DNA of 64,000 nucleotides from assembly GCA_044351795.1 (NCBI GenBank), contig JBILFA010000005.1, forward strand, positions 351 to 64,350. Direction: 5' to 3'. The first letter of the stretch is position 1. The number at the start of each line of letters is the position of its first letter. Below are positions 20,915-28,324 of the stretch, one piece after another. The notes under the pieces are model-generated. The model searched no databases. It was given only the letters and a program-made list of their open reading frames with translations, and had not been told where the DNA came from. This DNA is from Bdellovibrionota bacterium. Its GTDB lineage: Bacteria > Bdellovibrionota_C > UBA2361 > OMII01. Made by a program: the position numbers and the translations under genes.

Positions 20915-21070
20915 TCCTTGGGGCTTTGTACTATCAAGTCGCTATTTTTCTAGGGCAGGGGCTGTGAGGGGTACAAGGTGCACCGGCCTACCGTCGCGTG
21001 GTCACCCAGGGTTACTTACTCCCCCTTGACTGCTCTTACTGTGTTATGAACCTCTATACAGCGCTACAAC

Positions 21071-22300
21071 TCAGAGCGCCGATAACGGTATGTGTAGCAC
21101 ATTAGGTGTCAACCAGAAGCAATCCTCCTGCGCCGAGATAACTACGCCGGGGCCTTTTGCCCCATGGATCTGAAGGAACCGCTGAATACCTTGAGCGTCC
21201 GCTGCAGAAGGCTGTCCAGTCAATTTGCACTCGATTGGGATCGTCATGTCTGAGGTTAGCTCAACTACGAAATCAACCTCATCGCGCTCACCAGAGCGCC
21301 AGTGATACACAGGCGGTCGAATCCCTTCGCGACTAAGCAGCGCAAACAGGGCGTGTGCACAAAGAGTTTCAAAGGCCGCGCCAAAAGAGGGAGACTCACG
21401 CGCCAAGTCACTTGCGCGAAAGCCAAGGAGATGTAGTAGCAGCCCACTATCACACAGGATCAATTTAGGTCGCTTAACCTCGCGCTTGGTTACTTGCCGC
21501 GAATATCCCGGAATTCGGCGTATCACGAAAGCCGCCTCGAGCACCGACAGCCAATCGTGAATCGTACCCTGAGGTATACCTGAATCGCGAGCCAATGCTT
21601 CTACGTTTAACAATCGCGCAGATGTATTAGCCACGAAACGCAAGAACCTTTCAAAGCGCCCGAGATCCGATATCTCGGCCAGGTCGCGCAGATCTCGAGT
21701 TAGGAATGTTTGAATATAATCGCTTAGACGTTGAGCTACCGTGGCATCATCAGGGCTGTGCTCAGCAAGCACCATGCGCGGAAATCCACCTCTAAACACC
21801 ATATCTGCTGGCGGGAGCGGCCACGGGAAGCGACGACCGACCGGTGGGCTTTGCAACCACTCTGCGAGTGAGTTCGGAGTCTGTTCATCGGCACGGAGCT
21901 CGCTGGGAGTCATACCTGAAAGCTCCAAGATCCCAACTCTGCCAGCTAGCGACTCGGACACCTCCTTCATCATCTGTAGGGGCTGCGAACCGGTGAGGAT
22001 GATCTCGCCCCGCCCAGGATTATTTTGGTCAATAAGATCTTTAAGCTCCAGAAAGAGCTCCGGCACTCGCTGAACCTCGTCAAAGATGCAGGGGGGCGGA
22101 TGATTGCGTAGGAACAGCGCTGGGTCGCTTCTAGCTTCAGAGACAATTCCTGCCCGGTCGAGCAGAACCCACTCGTGCCCCGGGAAGGAGTGTCGCACCA
22201 GTTCGGTCTTGCCCACCTGGCGAATACCGGTCACCAGAACGCAGCTATACATCCCTGCAAGTCCGCGCAGCCTAGGCTCTAGAGTTCGCTTGTAGTACAT
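21071..22300 (-). CDS. AAA-family ATP-binding protein with DUF4143-type C-terminal domain
   Basis: 409 aa with a P-loop-like VLVTGIRQVGKT. The overall layout matches stand-alone AAA+/DUF4143 proteins. Confidence 0.8.
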   Translation of the reverse strand: MYYKRTLEPRLRGLAGMYSCVLVTGIRQVGKTELVRHSFPGHEWVLLDRAGIVSEARSDPALFLRNHPPPCIFDEVQRVPELFLELKDLIDQNNPGRGEIILTGSQPLQMMKEVSESLAGRVGILELSGMTPSELRADEQTPNSLAEWLQSPPVGRRFPWPLPPADMVFRGGFPRMVLAEHSPDDATVAQRLSDYIQTFLTRDLRDLAEISDLGRFERFLRFVANTSARLLNVEALARDSGIPQGTIHDWLSVLEAAFVIRRIPGYSRQVTKREVKRPKLILCDSGLLLHLLGFRASDLARESPSFGAAFETLCAHALFALLSREGIRPPVYHWRSGERDEVDFVVELTSDMTIPIECKLTGQPSAADAQGIQRFLQIHGAKGPGVVISAQEDCFWLTPNVLHIPLSAL

Positions 22301-22553
22301 GTCTTAAGGCTAAATCACTAATCATTCCAATGCAATGCAAAAATCACGGCGATGCCGTGGGTTTTGCAAATAGCTGAGATTGCTTCTTTTTCTCTCCTGG
22401 CTCTCTCGTCCTAGTTCTCTCGTACCCTGGTTGTCTCGTGCATAGTAAAAAATCCCAGCAGTTAATCGCTTACTCTTGCTACAAGTCATCTTTACCCGCG
22501 CCCAATTTGATTTCTGCGAGTTAGCTGACGTAGCCGAATAAGGCGGCCGAGGG

Positions 22554-22953
22554 TTGTGGGCTATAACGTGGCGAAATCTACCGTGTACGAGTGAGGAAGC
22601 TGCTATCTTTACAATACAAACGGCAGGTGACGCCCTTAAATTCCATCCGCATTTGCATGGGATCCTAGCCGACGGCTACTGGAAGAATGACGTATTCACA
22701 CGGTTCCCAGAGATTGATATCGCTGCACTTAATCAAGCCTTTGCTGAGCACGTCTTAGCAGCGCTCCACAAACAAGAGCTCATTACCGACGACGTTGTGG
22801 TACAGATCTTATCGCAAAATCATACAGGCTTTTTAAGTATGGATGAGTGAGCCCTTTCACGACGATGAAAGCGAGCGCTTTGTAGCTCGCTACATAGAAC
22901 GAGCTCCCCTCTCCCTTGAAAAACTCTCTATCCAGGACGACATCGTTATCTAG
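22554..22953 (+). pseudogene. IS91-family (Y2 rolling-circle) transposase remnant, 5'-truncated and frameshifted
   Basis: The fragment contains FHPHLHGILADGYW. The C-terminal continuation ERFVARYIERAPLSLEKLSIQDDIVI is in the +1 frame from 22849. Confidence 0.6.
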
Positions 22954-23520
22954 TGGCTCTCGGATGTGCTCGTTAGGGTAAACGTCCGTTCAGACGACAC
23001 TGCCGTTACCCTCCTGCCGATGAATTGGAAAAAGAAACCTGTCTCTTAGCGGACGGACACGATCTTCTGTGACTTATCATGCCTTGGGAAGCACGTATCT
23101 GGATGGACGCTTACGCTGCAGGCTAGTACCCCACCGATGGAGCCCACATGAAAAAACTTTCTGACGCGGGTACTAGATGAGACTCTTGCGGCTTAGTCAA
23201 CTAGCTCAAGAAAGTAATCAAAACGAAACTGCAATTTTAGAAAATATGCTCCTGAAATGAATAGCAACAAACCCTTCCAGCTGGTACTACTCAGGCTCCG
23301 CTAATATGGTGACAACTTTTAATGCTGTAATGAGCCTATAGCTACGGCGGAGTACAGAGACTTGTCTCTATAATATCTGACTCTCAGTAGGTATCAAGCG
23401 ACAGCCCTACTCTAATCTTCATGGACTTTGGCTATTCTTTTTAGATCTGTTGTACGGCTACAGCCCTCGGAATTCCCGATTATCGTCCATCTCGATCCTT
23501 AGGATTTAGTTGGGGGTCAA

Positions 23521-24303
23521 TTATGTTGTTTCTACCTCTTCAATATATAAATGAGCACTATAATTTCCATCATTAATCTCACAGGAGCTAAGGGAACTAC
23601 CTCGATATCCAATCCCAATACTATGCACACCAGCTGCCAAGCCAGAAATTACTCCCGTCACGGTTGCAGGATGAGAAGTTGTTGCATTAGCCTCAAAGGT
23701 TCCAAAAGTAGCAGTTCCCCCACCGGCTGAACTAAAGCTTGGCAAAACTACTCCATCCAGGCTTCTTGAATTTACCAAAAGTGAAATATCACAAAAGCCT
23801 GAATTTGTGCTGTCATTTACAAGAGTAACATGCGAACTAAGGGTCAATTTAAGTTTGCTGGTACTTGAGATTTTAGTATAATTGCCGACACTTCGAAGAA
23901 GGCGATGACCAAAATCAAAGATTGTTCCTGTGGAGCTTTCACCAAAAATTAAGGCTGTTAAATTAAGCGAACTCGTCCCTCGAGCGCCTTGCGGTCCTGC
24001 AGCTCCCTGTAGTCCTGCAGCTCCCTGTAGTCCTGCAGCTCCCTGTAGTCCTGCAGCTCCCGCAGTCCCCGTGGCCCCCGTGGCCCCCGTGGCCCCCGTG
24101 GCCCCCGCCGGGCCTGCAAACGTTGCACTATTGGCAATTAGGGAAAAGCCCTTAGGACATTTTTCTCCAATTACCTGCTTTGATGATAGCGAAAGTTTAC
24201 CATTCTTGTTCAGGATCTTAGTACAAATAAGATCAGCACTAGCTGTATCAATAAAACAGGGCAGTATGCCCAAACAAAATAAGATTTTTGCAAAATATTT
24301 CAT
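23521..24303 (-). CDS. Secreted collagen-like triple-helix repeat protein with globular C-terminal domain (BclA-like organisation, tentative)
   Basis: 260 aa with a signal peptide (MKYFAKILFCLGILPCFIDTASA) and 15 uninterrupted G-X-Y triplets (GPAGATGATGATGATGTAGAAGLQGAAGLQ...GPQGARG). A ~150-aa Ser/Thr/Gly-rich domain follows. Confidence 0.8.
   Translation of the reverse strand: MKYFAKILFCLGILPCFIDTASADLICTKILNKNGKLSLSSKQVIGEKCPKGFSLIANSATFAGPAGATGATGATGATGTAGAAGLQGAAGLQGAAGLQGAAGPQGARGTSSLNLTALIFGESSTGTIFDFGHRLLRSVGNYTKISSTSKLKLTLSSHVTLVNDSTNSGFCDISLLVNSRSLDGVVLPSFSSAGGGTATFGTFEANATTSHPATVTGVISGLAAGVHSIGIGYRGSSLSSCEINDGNYSAHLYIEEVETT
23995..24108. repeat. Tandem DNA repeats inside the collagen-like gene (18-bp unit x ~3.5, then 9-bp unit x ~4)
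   Basis: tcctgcagctccctgtag is repeated head-to-tail from 23995. Then ccccgtggc is repeated from about 24067. Confidence 0.9.
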
Positions 24304-24460
24304 GGATTATTCTCTCCACTTCAGATTATTAAATCTCATCAACTTTATATAACACCACTTTTGGTGGGTTGAAATCAGGGACTGGTTCCGCCTCTGATGG
24401 AAATGGAACCCGGTCTATGCTAGCGAACTTGGTATCTGAGCCTTTTAGGAGGAAGGTATC

Positions 24461-24582
24461 ATGGCAAGAAAGGGGAGACGTAGATACTTTAAGGCAGCTG
24501 AGAAGGTAGCGATTTTGAAGCGCCATCTTGTTGAAAGAGAAGAGGTTTCAGCTATATGTGAGGATCTTAAGATCCTGTTGCG
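24461..24582 (+). pseudogene. N-terminal fragment of an IS3-like OrfA (HTH) transposase gene
   Basis: A GGAGGAAGG RBS precedes the ATG. MARKGRRRYFKAAEKVAILKRHLVEREEVSAICEDLKI resembles an IS3-type OrfA N-terminus. The reading frame then runs into the 35-bp repeat array. Confidence 0.45.
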
Positions 24583-24722
24583 TCCCACATACTTGACCCC
24601 AGTTTTGGCTAGGTCGATCCCACATAACCGACTCCAGTTTAGGGGGGTCGGATCCCACATAGATGAACCCAGTTAGAGGGGGGTAAATCCCACATAACTG
24701 AACCCACTTTTAGGGGAGAAAG
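24583..24722 (+). repeat. Four head-to-tail 35-bp direct repeats (TCCCACATA-N9-12-CC(A/C)(G/C)TTT-AGGGG...)
   Basis: Units start at 24583, 24618, 24653 and 24688, each beginning TCCCACATA. The period is exactly 35 bp, and the array ends at the IS256 terminus. Confidence 0.9.
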
Positions 24723-26152
24723 ATTAAGCAACCTTCTTTCTGTAAATTGCAAAAGTATCGTCATTAGCCATAGTTGATTTCTGTCGTTGTCCCATGTGGA
24801 CGTAAGGCATCTTGAGCTGCAGCCAGTCCTCGTGAATCTCGATGAGGAGCGCTGAGACGAGCCGTAGGCAGGAAGCGGAGTTGGGGAAGATGGTTGCCAC
24901 CCGAGTTCGCCGCTTGATCTCCCGATTCACAAGCTCCAGCCCGTTAACCGTTCGTAGCTTTCGATGAAAGTCACGCGGCAGTGCATAGATTGCAAAGCAC
25001 TCCTCAATGTTCTCCTCGAGGAATCGGCACCACTCGGGAGCGGTCTTGTGGTAGCTCTCGATAGTGGCACGGAGTCTTTGGCGGGCTTCTTCCTTGGTAA
25101 CGCAGCTGAAGATGTCCCTGAGCGCCTGTCCGAGCTCCTCTCGCAGGTGTCGCTTGGGGATGTAACTCTGTGCGTTCTGTGCGAAATGAAATTGGCAGCG
25201 CTGCCAGGGAACGTTGGGAAAGATAGCTTTGCGCGCAGCCTTCATCCCGGCGTGATCGTCACTGACGACAAGCTCTACCCCGTGCAGACCGCGCTGAGTG
25301 AGTGATTGCAAGAACTCTCGCCAATGAACCTCGGCTTCCGAAAAGGAGGTTGAGACACCCAGTACCTCTCGCTGTCCTTTGAGGTTAATCCCTATGGCGA
25401 TGAGCACTGCATGATCGATGACCTCGTCGTTATGACGAACGCTCTCGTATCGTGCGTCGAGCAAGATGTACGGAAAGCACCCGAGCTGACGGGTTCGGAA
25501 CTTCTCGAGCTCGTCATCCAAGACCTTCGAGACCCTGGATACCTGGGTAGAAGATATGTCGAGCCCGCAAAGAACCTCGGTTATCTCGGTGACCCTCCTT
25601 GTAGAGACCCCATTTACGTACATTTCGGCTATCGCAAGCTTTAGCGCTCGTTCCGACCGGATTCCCTTCTCAAGGCTCTGAGGATAAAACGAAAGCCCGC
25701 GAACCTGCGGAATCTCCACCGTAATAGCCCCCATTCGGGTCTGTATGGTCTTAGGTTTGAACCCGTTGGCGTATCCAGTGCGATCAGGCGTGCGCTCATA
25801 CAGGTCCGCCCCAAGCGCCTCCGCCCGTTCCACCTTCATCGCTTCATTGAGAAGCTTTTGGAACACTTCCCGCATCGAATCAGTACCGTTCGATGTTACT
25901 AGTTTCAAAAGCTTCAGGCATCAGCGTATCGTTTCCTTTAGTCGAGGTCATCGTAAGCTCCTTCATCAGAGTTGATTTGTTGCAAATCAACGATGACCTC
26001 GACTTACTTTTCGTTCCGGAAATCCTCAGTCAGCGCCAAATTTACGCTCCCCGAGCTCCGCCGCGCTTCGCTTCGCGGGGGCTTTTGATTGCCCCCCGCT
26101 CAGCGCGGCTCCTTACCAATTCCGGAATTTACAGAAAGGATGGTGCACTATC
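24722..26152 (-). mobile_element. IS256-family insertion sequence (~1.43 kb)
   Basis: Imperfect terminal inverted repeats are centred on ctttctgtaaatt (24736-24748) and aatttacagaaag (26126-26138). They enclose a Mutator-type transposase gene. I saw no matching target-site duplication. Confidence 0.75.
24724..25908 (-). CDS. IS256-family (Mutator-type) transposase
   Basis: 394 aa. YILLDARYESVR, AIGINLKGQREVLG, LVVSDDHAGMK and WQRCQFHF are typical of IS256-family DDE transposases. Confidence 0.92.
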   Translation of the reverse strand: MKLVTSNGTDSMREVFQKLLNEAMKVERAEALGADLYERTPDRTGYANGFKPKTIQTRMGAITVEIPQVRGLSFYPQSLEKGIRSERALKLAIAEMYVNGVSTRRVTEITEVLCGLDISSTQVSRVSKVLDDELEKFRTRQLGCFPYILLDARYESVRHNDEVIDHAVLIAIGINLKGQREVLGVSTSFSEAEVHWREFLQSLTQRGLHGVELVVSDDHAGMKAARKAIFPNVPWQRCQFHFAQNAQSYIPKRHLREELGQALRDIFSCVTKEEARQRLRATIESYHKTAPEWCRFLEENIEECFAIYALPRDFHRKLRTVNGLELVNREIKRRTRVATIFPNSASCLRLVSALLIEIHEDWLQLKMPYVHMGQRQKSTMANDDTFAIYRKKVA

Positions 26153-26214
26153 AAAGGCGCTCCTATCGGAAACCTCACCTCTCAGATATTCACCAACATT
26201 TATCTAAATGATTT
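26152..26214 (+). repeat. 63-bp exact duplicate of an internal segment of the DGR reverse transcriptase gene
   Basis: 26152-26214 is identical to 28852-28914, which encodes KGAPIGNLTSQIFTNIYLND. It lies immediately next to the IS256 right end. Confidence 0.9.
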
Positions 26215-26453
26215 GCACTGTAGCGGGGCTACCTTTTCACGCGGAAGGTCGCAAGCAATGATCCGTCTTAGGTGAATTCTGTCAGAAACACTCGGTTTCT
26301 GAAGTGTCATGTACCAAGCCCCAGCCACCCCATCCCGTCCGATCCCGACAGGTGCAGACAAGCGCATTAGCAGCTTTTTTGCTTAGCGCACAGGCACTTG
26401 GTACCCTTTCATTCCAGCGGACTAACTAAGAAAACTTAGAAAGAGCATAGGCT

Positions 26454-27131
26454 ATGATCAGCAATAATACTTCTCCTGTGGCGGGAAACTTTGATACCTC
26501 TTCTGGCTCTACCAATCTTGGCACCTCGACTTACGGAGTGGGGGTTACTGGCGTAGAGGACTGGACGAGCGTTTCTTTCCCAGTACCGCAAGCTACCGCT
26601 GCTCTCCCCGAGGGGACCATCAGCGAGCAGGTAGTAAGCAACCAAGGGTCGGGTCAAGCGATTAGCACAACCCACGGCTTTAAGCAGGGCAGAGCCCCCG
26701 ACGACACAGCTGCTATCGAGGTAAAGATTACAAGACCTAACGGGGAAGAAGTAACATGCCTACTCTCTGAAGGAGCTAAGGGTAAGGTGTACAGTCAGCT
26801 CGCGACCTATGGAAAAAAAGATCTCAAAGGAGCAACCCTCCTCACACACGATGACTTTAAGGCCGTGGTAGACAGTCTCTATAGCGCAATTAAGGGCTAC
26901 ACAGCGGTTAAGGACGCTCTCCAAACAGAAGATCAAGCTCTTCAACAAGCATATATAATAGTGACAGAAGGTGTGCGCAGGGCCGGAGGTTTCTCGTGGG
27001 CCAAATTCGATTTGGATAGCGGGGGTGCCGTTGTTGGTCGGCGCGTTAATGACCACGACCTCTACTGGCGCGACGGCAACACTCGCTTCTGTTGCGCTGC
27101 GTTTGTCTCCCCGCCTGCGGAATCAAAATAA
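26454..27131 (+). CDS. DGR variable (target) protein, small, VR at extreme C-terminus
   Basis: 225-aa ORF. The last 35 codons are the VR, and the reading frame puts every TR/VR difference in the first two positions of AAC/AAT template codons. Confidence 0.8.
   Translation: MISNNTSPVAGNFDTSSGSTNLGTSTYGVGVTGVEDWTSVSFPVPQATAALPEGTISEQVVSNQGSGQAISTTHGFKQGRAPDDTAAIEVKITRPNGEEVTCLLSEGAKGKVYSQLATYGKKDLKGATLLTHDDFKAVVDSLYSAIKGYTAVKDALQTEDQALQQAYIIVTEGVRRAGGFSWAKFDLDSGGAVVGRRVNDHDLYWRDGNTRFCCAAFVSPPAESK
27018..27122 (+). repeat. DGR variable repeat (VR)
   Basis: 105 bp aligning without gaps to 27593-27697. There are 13 mismatches, all where the other copy has A. Confidence 0.92.
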
Positions 27132-27227
27132 TTTGATCGTTGATCATTGGTTTCTTGATCCCCTCCGCAAGGAGGGGTTGGGGCCATTGATCATTGGTAC
27201 TTTGATCGAAAAATTTTCTACTTTAGC
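27126..27227 (+). repeat. Post-VR module: GC hairpin (27160-27177) flanked by five TTGATC motifs; copy 1
   Basis: The hairpin is cccctcc-gcaa-ggagggg. TTGATC occurs 5 times in about 80 bp. The module is roughly 90% identical by eye to 31475-31575. Confidence 0.85.
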
Positions 27228-27368
27228 CGCTTCCACTGGTCTGCTACCCTTTGAGTTACCTTGGGTAATGACAAGGCGGCTAAGGCTTCCGTGCACCTAA
27301 GGGCTGTTCCCACAGTAACGTCAGTAGGAGAAATCCGCTGTAACTGCCAGAGTCGTTGCGTCCCGATG

Positions 27369-27392
27369 AGAGGCGGCGTAGCCGCCTCTTTT
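27369..27392 (+). terminator. Rho-independent terminator candidate downstream of DGR target gene
   Basis: agaggcggc-gta-gccgcctct forms a 9-bp GC-rich stem followed by TTT. Confidence 0.6.
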
Positions 27393-27592
27393 AGATTCAA
27401 CGAGCGTGCAGAACTGTGATGGGAGCAGCAATTCTTGTCCAAGTCTCGTGAGGGGATCTTGTTGGTTGGTATCGGATGATACCAAGGTCGAAAAGCGTAG
27501 CTAACGGCACCGCAACCCCTCCGAATTAAATTCAACCGTGAGAACCGTGTAAGCGCTCAAATGGTGGTGGGTCCGTAAGGGCTTGGGCAAAG

Positions 27593-27697
27593 AGCGGGGG
27601 TGCCGTTGTTGGTCGGCGCGTTAATGACAACGACAACAACTGGAACGACAACAACAATCGCAACAATTGCGCTGCGTTTGTCTCCCCGCCTGCGGAA
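27593..27697 (+). repeat. DGR template repeat (TR)
   Basis: This is the invariant, Asn-codon-rich copy (..aat gac aac gac aac aac tgg aac gac aac aac aat cgc aac aat tgc..). It is not part of a credible ORF. Confidence 0.92.
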
Positions 27698-27773
27698 CTG
27701 CTGTCTCCCCCTTTTTTACCTCTGCCGAACGCTCTTTATCCACCCTCCAAGCATCCGCCTTCGCCCTTCGGGG

Positions 27774-28100
27774 CTACTGCGGACAGGTCCGTCCTATCTC
27801 ATCGAGCCGTTCTTGGAGCGAGACGACCTTCTTCAATGGAAGGACCTTTATATCGACTGCAAGTCGGATAAACATCCGCAGCATATCAACCTCTGCGGCA
27901 AGACGAGTCAAATTCTGCGCTCTCTGCTCACACGGGAGGTATCCCGCATGAACAAATCCCTCTAACATCTGAAGGGCGGTCGCCTCAACACGGCGCCAGA
28001 GGCTGTACCGCTCCATCTTGGGTATGCCTTTTTGTAGGTCGTGTAAGGCCCGGTAGAGCTCATACGTTTTGGCGATGATGGGAATGTCTAATTGCTGCAT
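27774..28100 (-). CDS. avd: DGR accessory variability determinant (Avd-like four-helix-bundle protein)
   Basis: 108 aa from the ATG at 28100. MQQLDIPIIAKTYELYRALHDLQKGIPKMERYSLWRRVEATAL...LDEIGR fits the Avd / 23S-IVS four-helix-bundle pattern (PKxERYxL). The listed longer ORF (to 28208) has an unlikely Arg/Ser-rich extension. Confidence 0.75.
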   Translation of the reverse strand: MQQLDIPIIAKTYELYRALHDLQKGIPKMERYSLWRRVEATALQMLEGFVHAGYLPCEQRAQNLTRLAAEVDMLRMFIRLAVDIKVLPLKKVVSLQERLDEIGRTCPQ

Positions 28101-28133
28101 AGTCCTCCTTCTGTGACGGTTTCGACTAGAAAT

Positions 28134-28303
28134 GGTCTCCAAAGTAGCTCCGTCGCGAGGGCAACGAGATGAGGAGCGAAACGAGGAAAGCGAGCGAAAA
28201 AACCGCAAGTGTATCCCCTGAGATACAGTGAGGATTTTTTCGTGAAGCTTGACGAAGTTGCAGCCCCATCTCGTTGCCCGCAGTAGGAGATACTTTGGAG
28301 ACC
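28134..28303. other. 170-bp bipartite inverted repeat (two perfect 13-bp helices) in the avd-RT intergenic region
   Basis: 28134-28146 pairs with 28291-28303. 28159-28171 pairs with 28267-28279. Together they enclose a ~95-nt purine-rich loop. Confidence 0.8.
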
Positions 28304-28324
28304 AGTTCGAATATATTCGACGAA

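Noticed and set aside
22554-22850. 98-aa ORF as an intact gene
   Set aside because: It is an internal fragment of an IS91-type transposase that lacks the N-terminal half. Its C-terminal continuation is in another frame.
24583-24722. Possible CRISPR array
   Set aside because: The repeats are directly adjacent with no spacers. They are imperfect, and no cas genes are present in the window.
26971-27300. 109-aa plus-strand ORF overlapping the VR (AGVPLLVGALMTTTSTGATATL...)
   Set aside because: It is an out-of-frame reading of the VR. The 26454-27131 frame places all TR/VR differences in Asn-codon positions and is the credible one.
27700-27776. Read-through of the avd TAG stop, which would extend the frame in antisense into the TR
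   Set aside because: There is no evidence for suppression, and 108 aa is within the normal Avd size range.
27600-27965. 121-aa and 94-aa plus-strand ORFs starting in the TR
   Set aside because: They are out-of-frame translations of the TR that run antisense through avd. The TR is a non-coding template.
27774-28286. 9-bp inverted repeat (ctactgcgg at 27774-27782, ccgcagtag at 28278-28286) flanking avd, as a possible invertible-segment boundary explaining the reversed avd
   Set aside because: It is too short to distinguish from chance, and no recombinase gene is adjacent.
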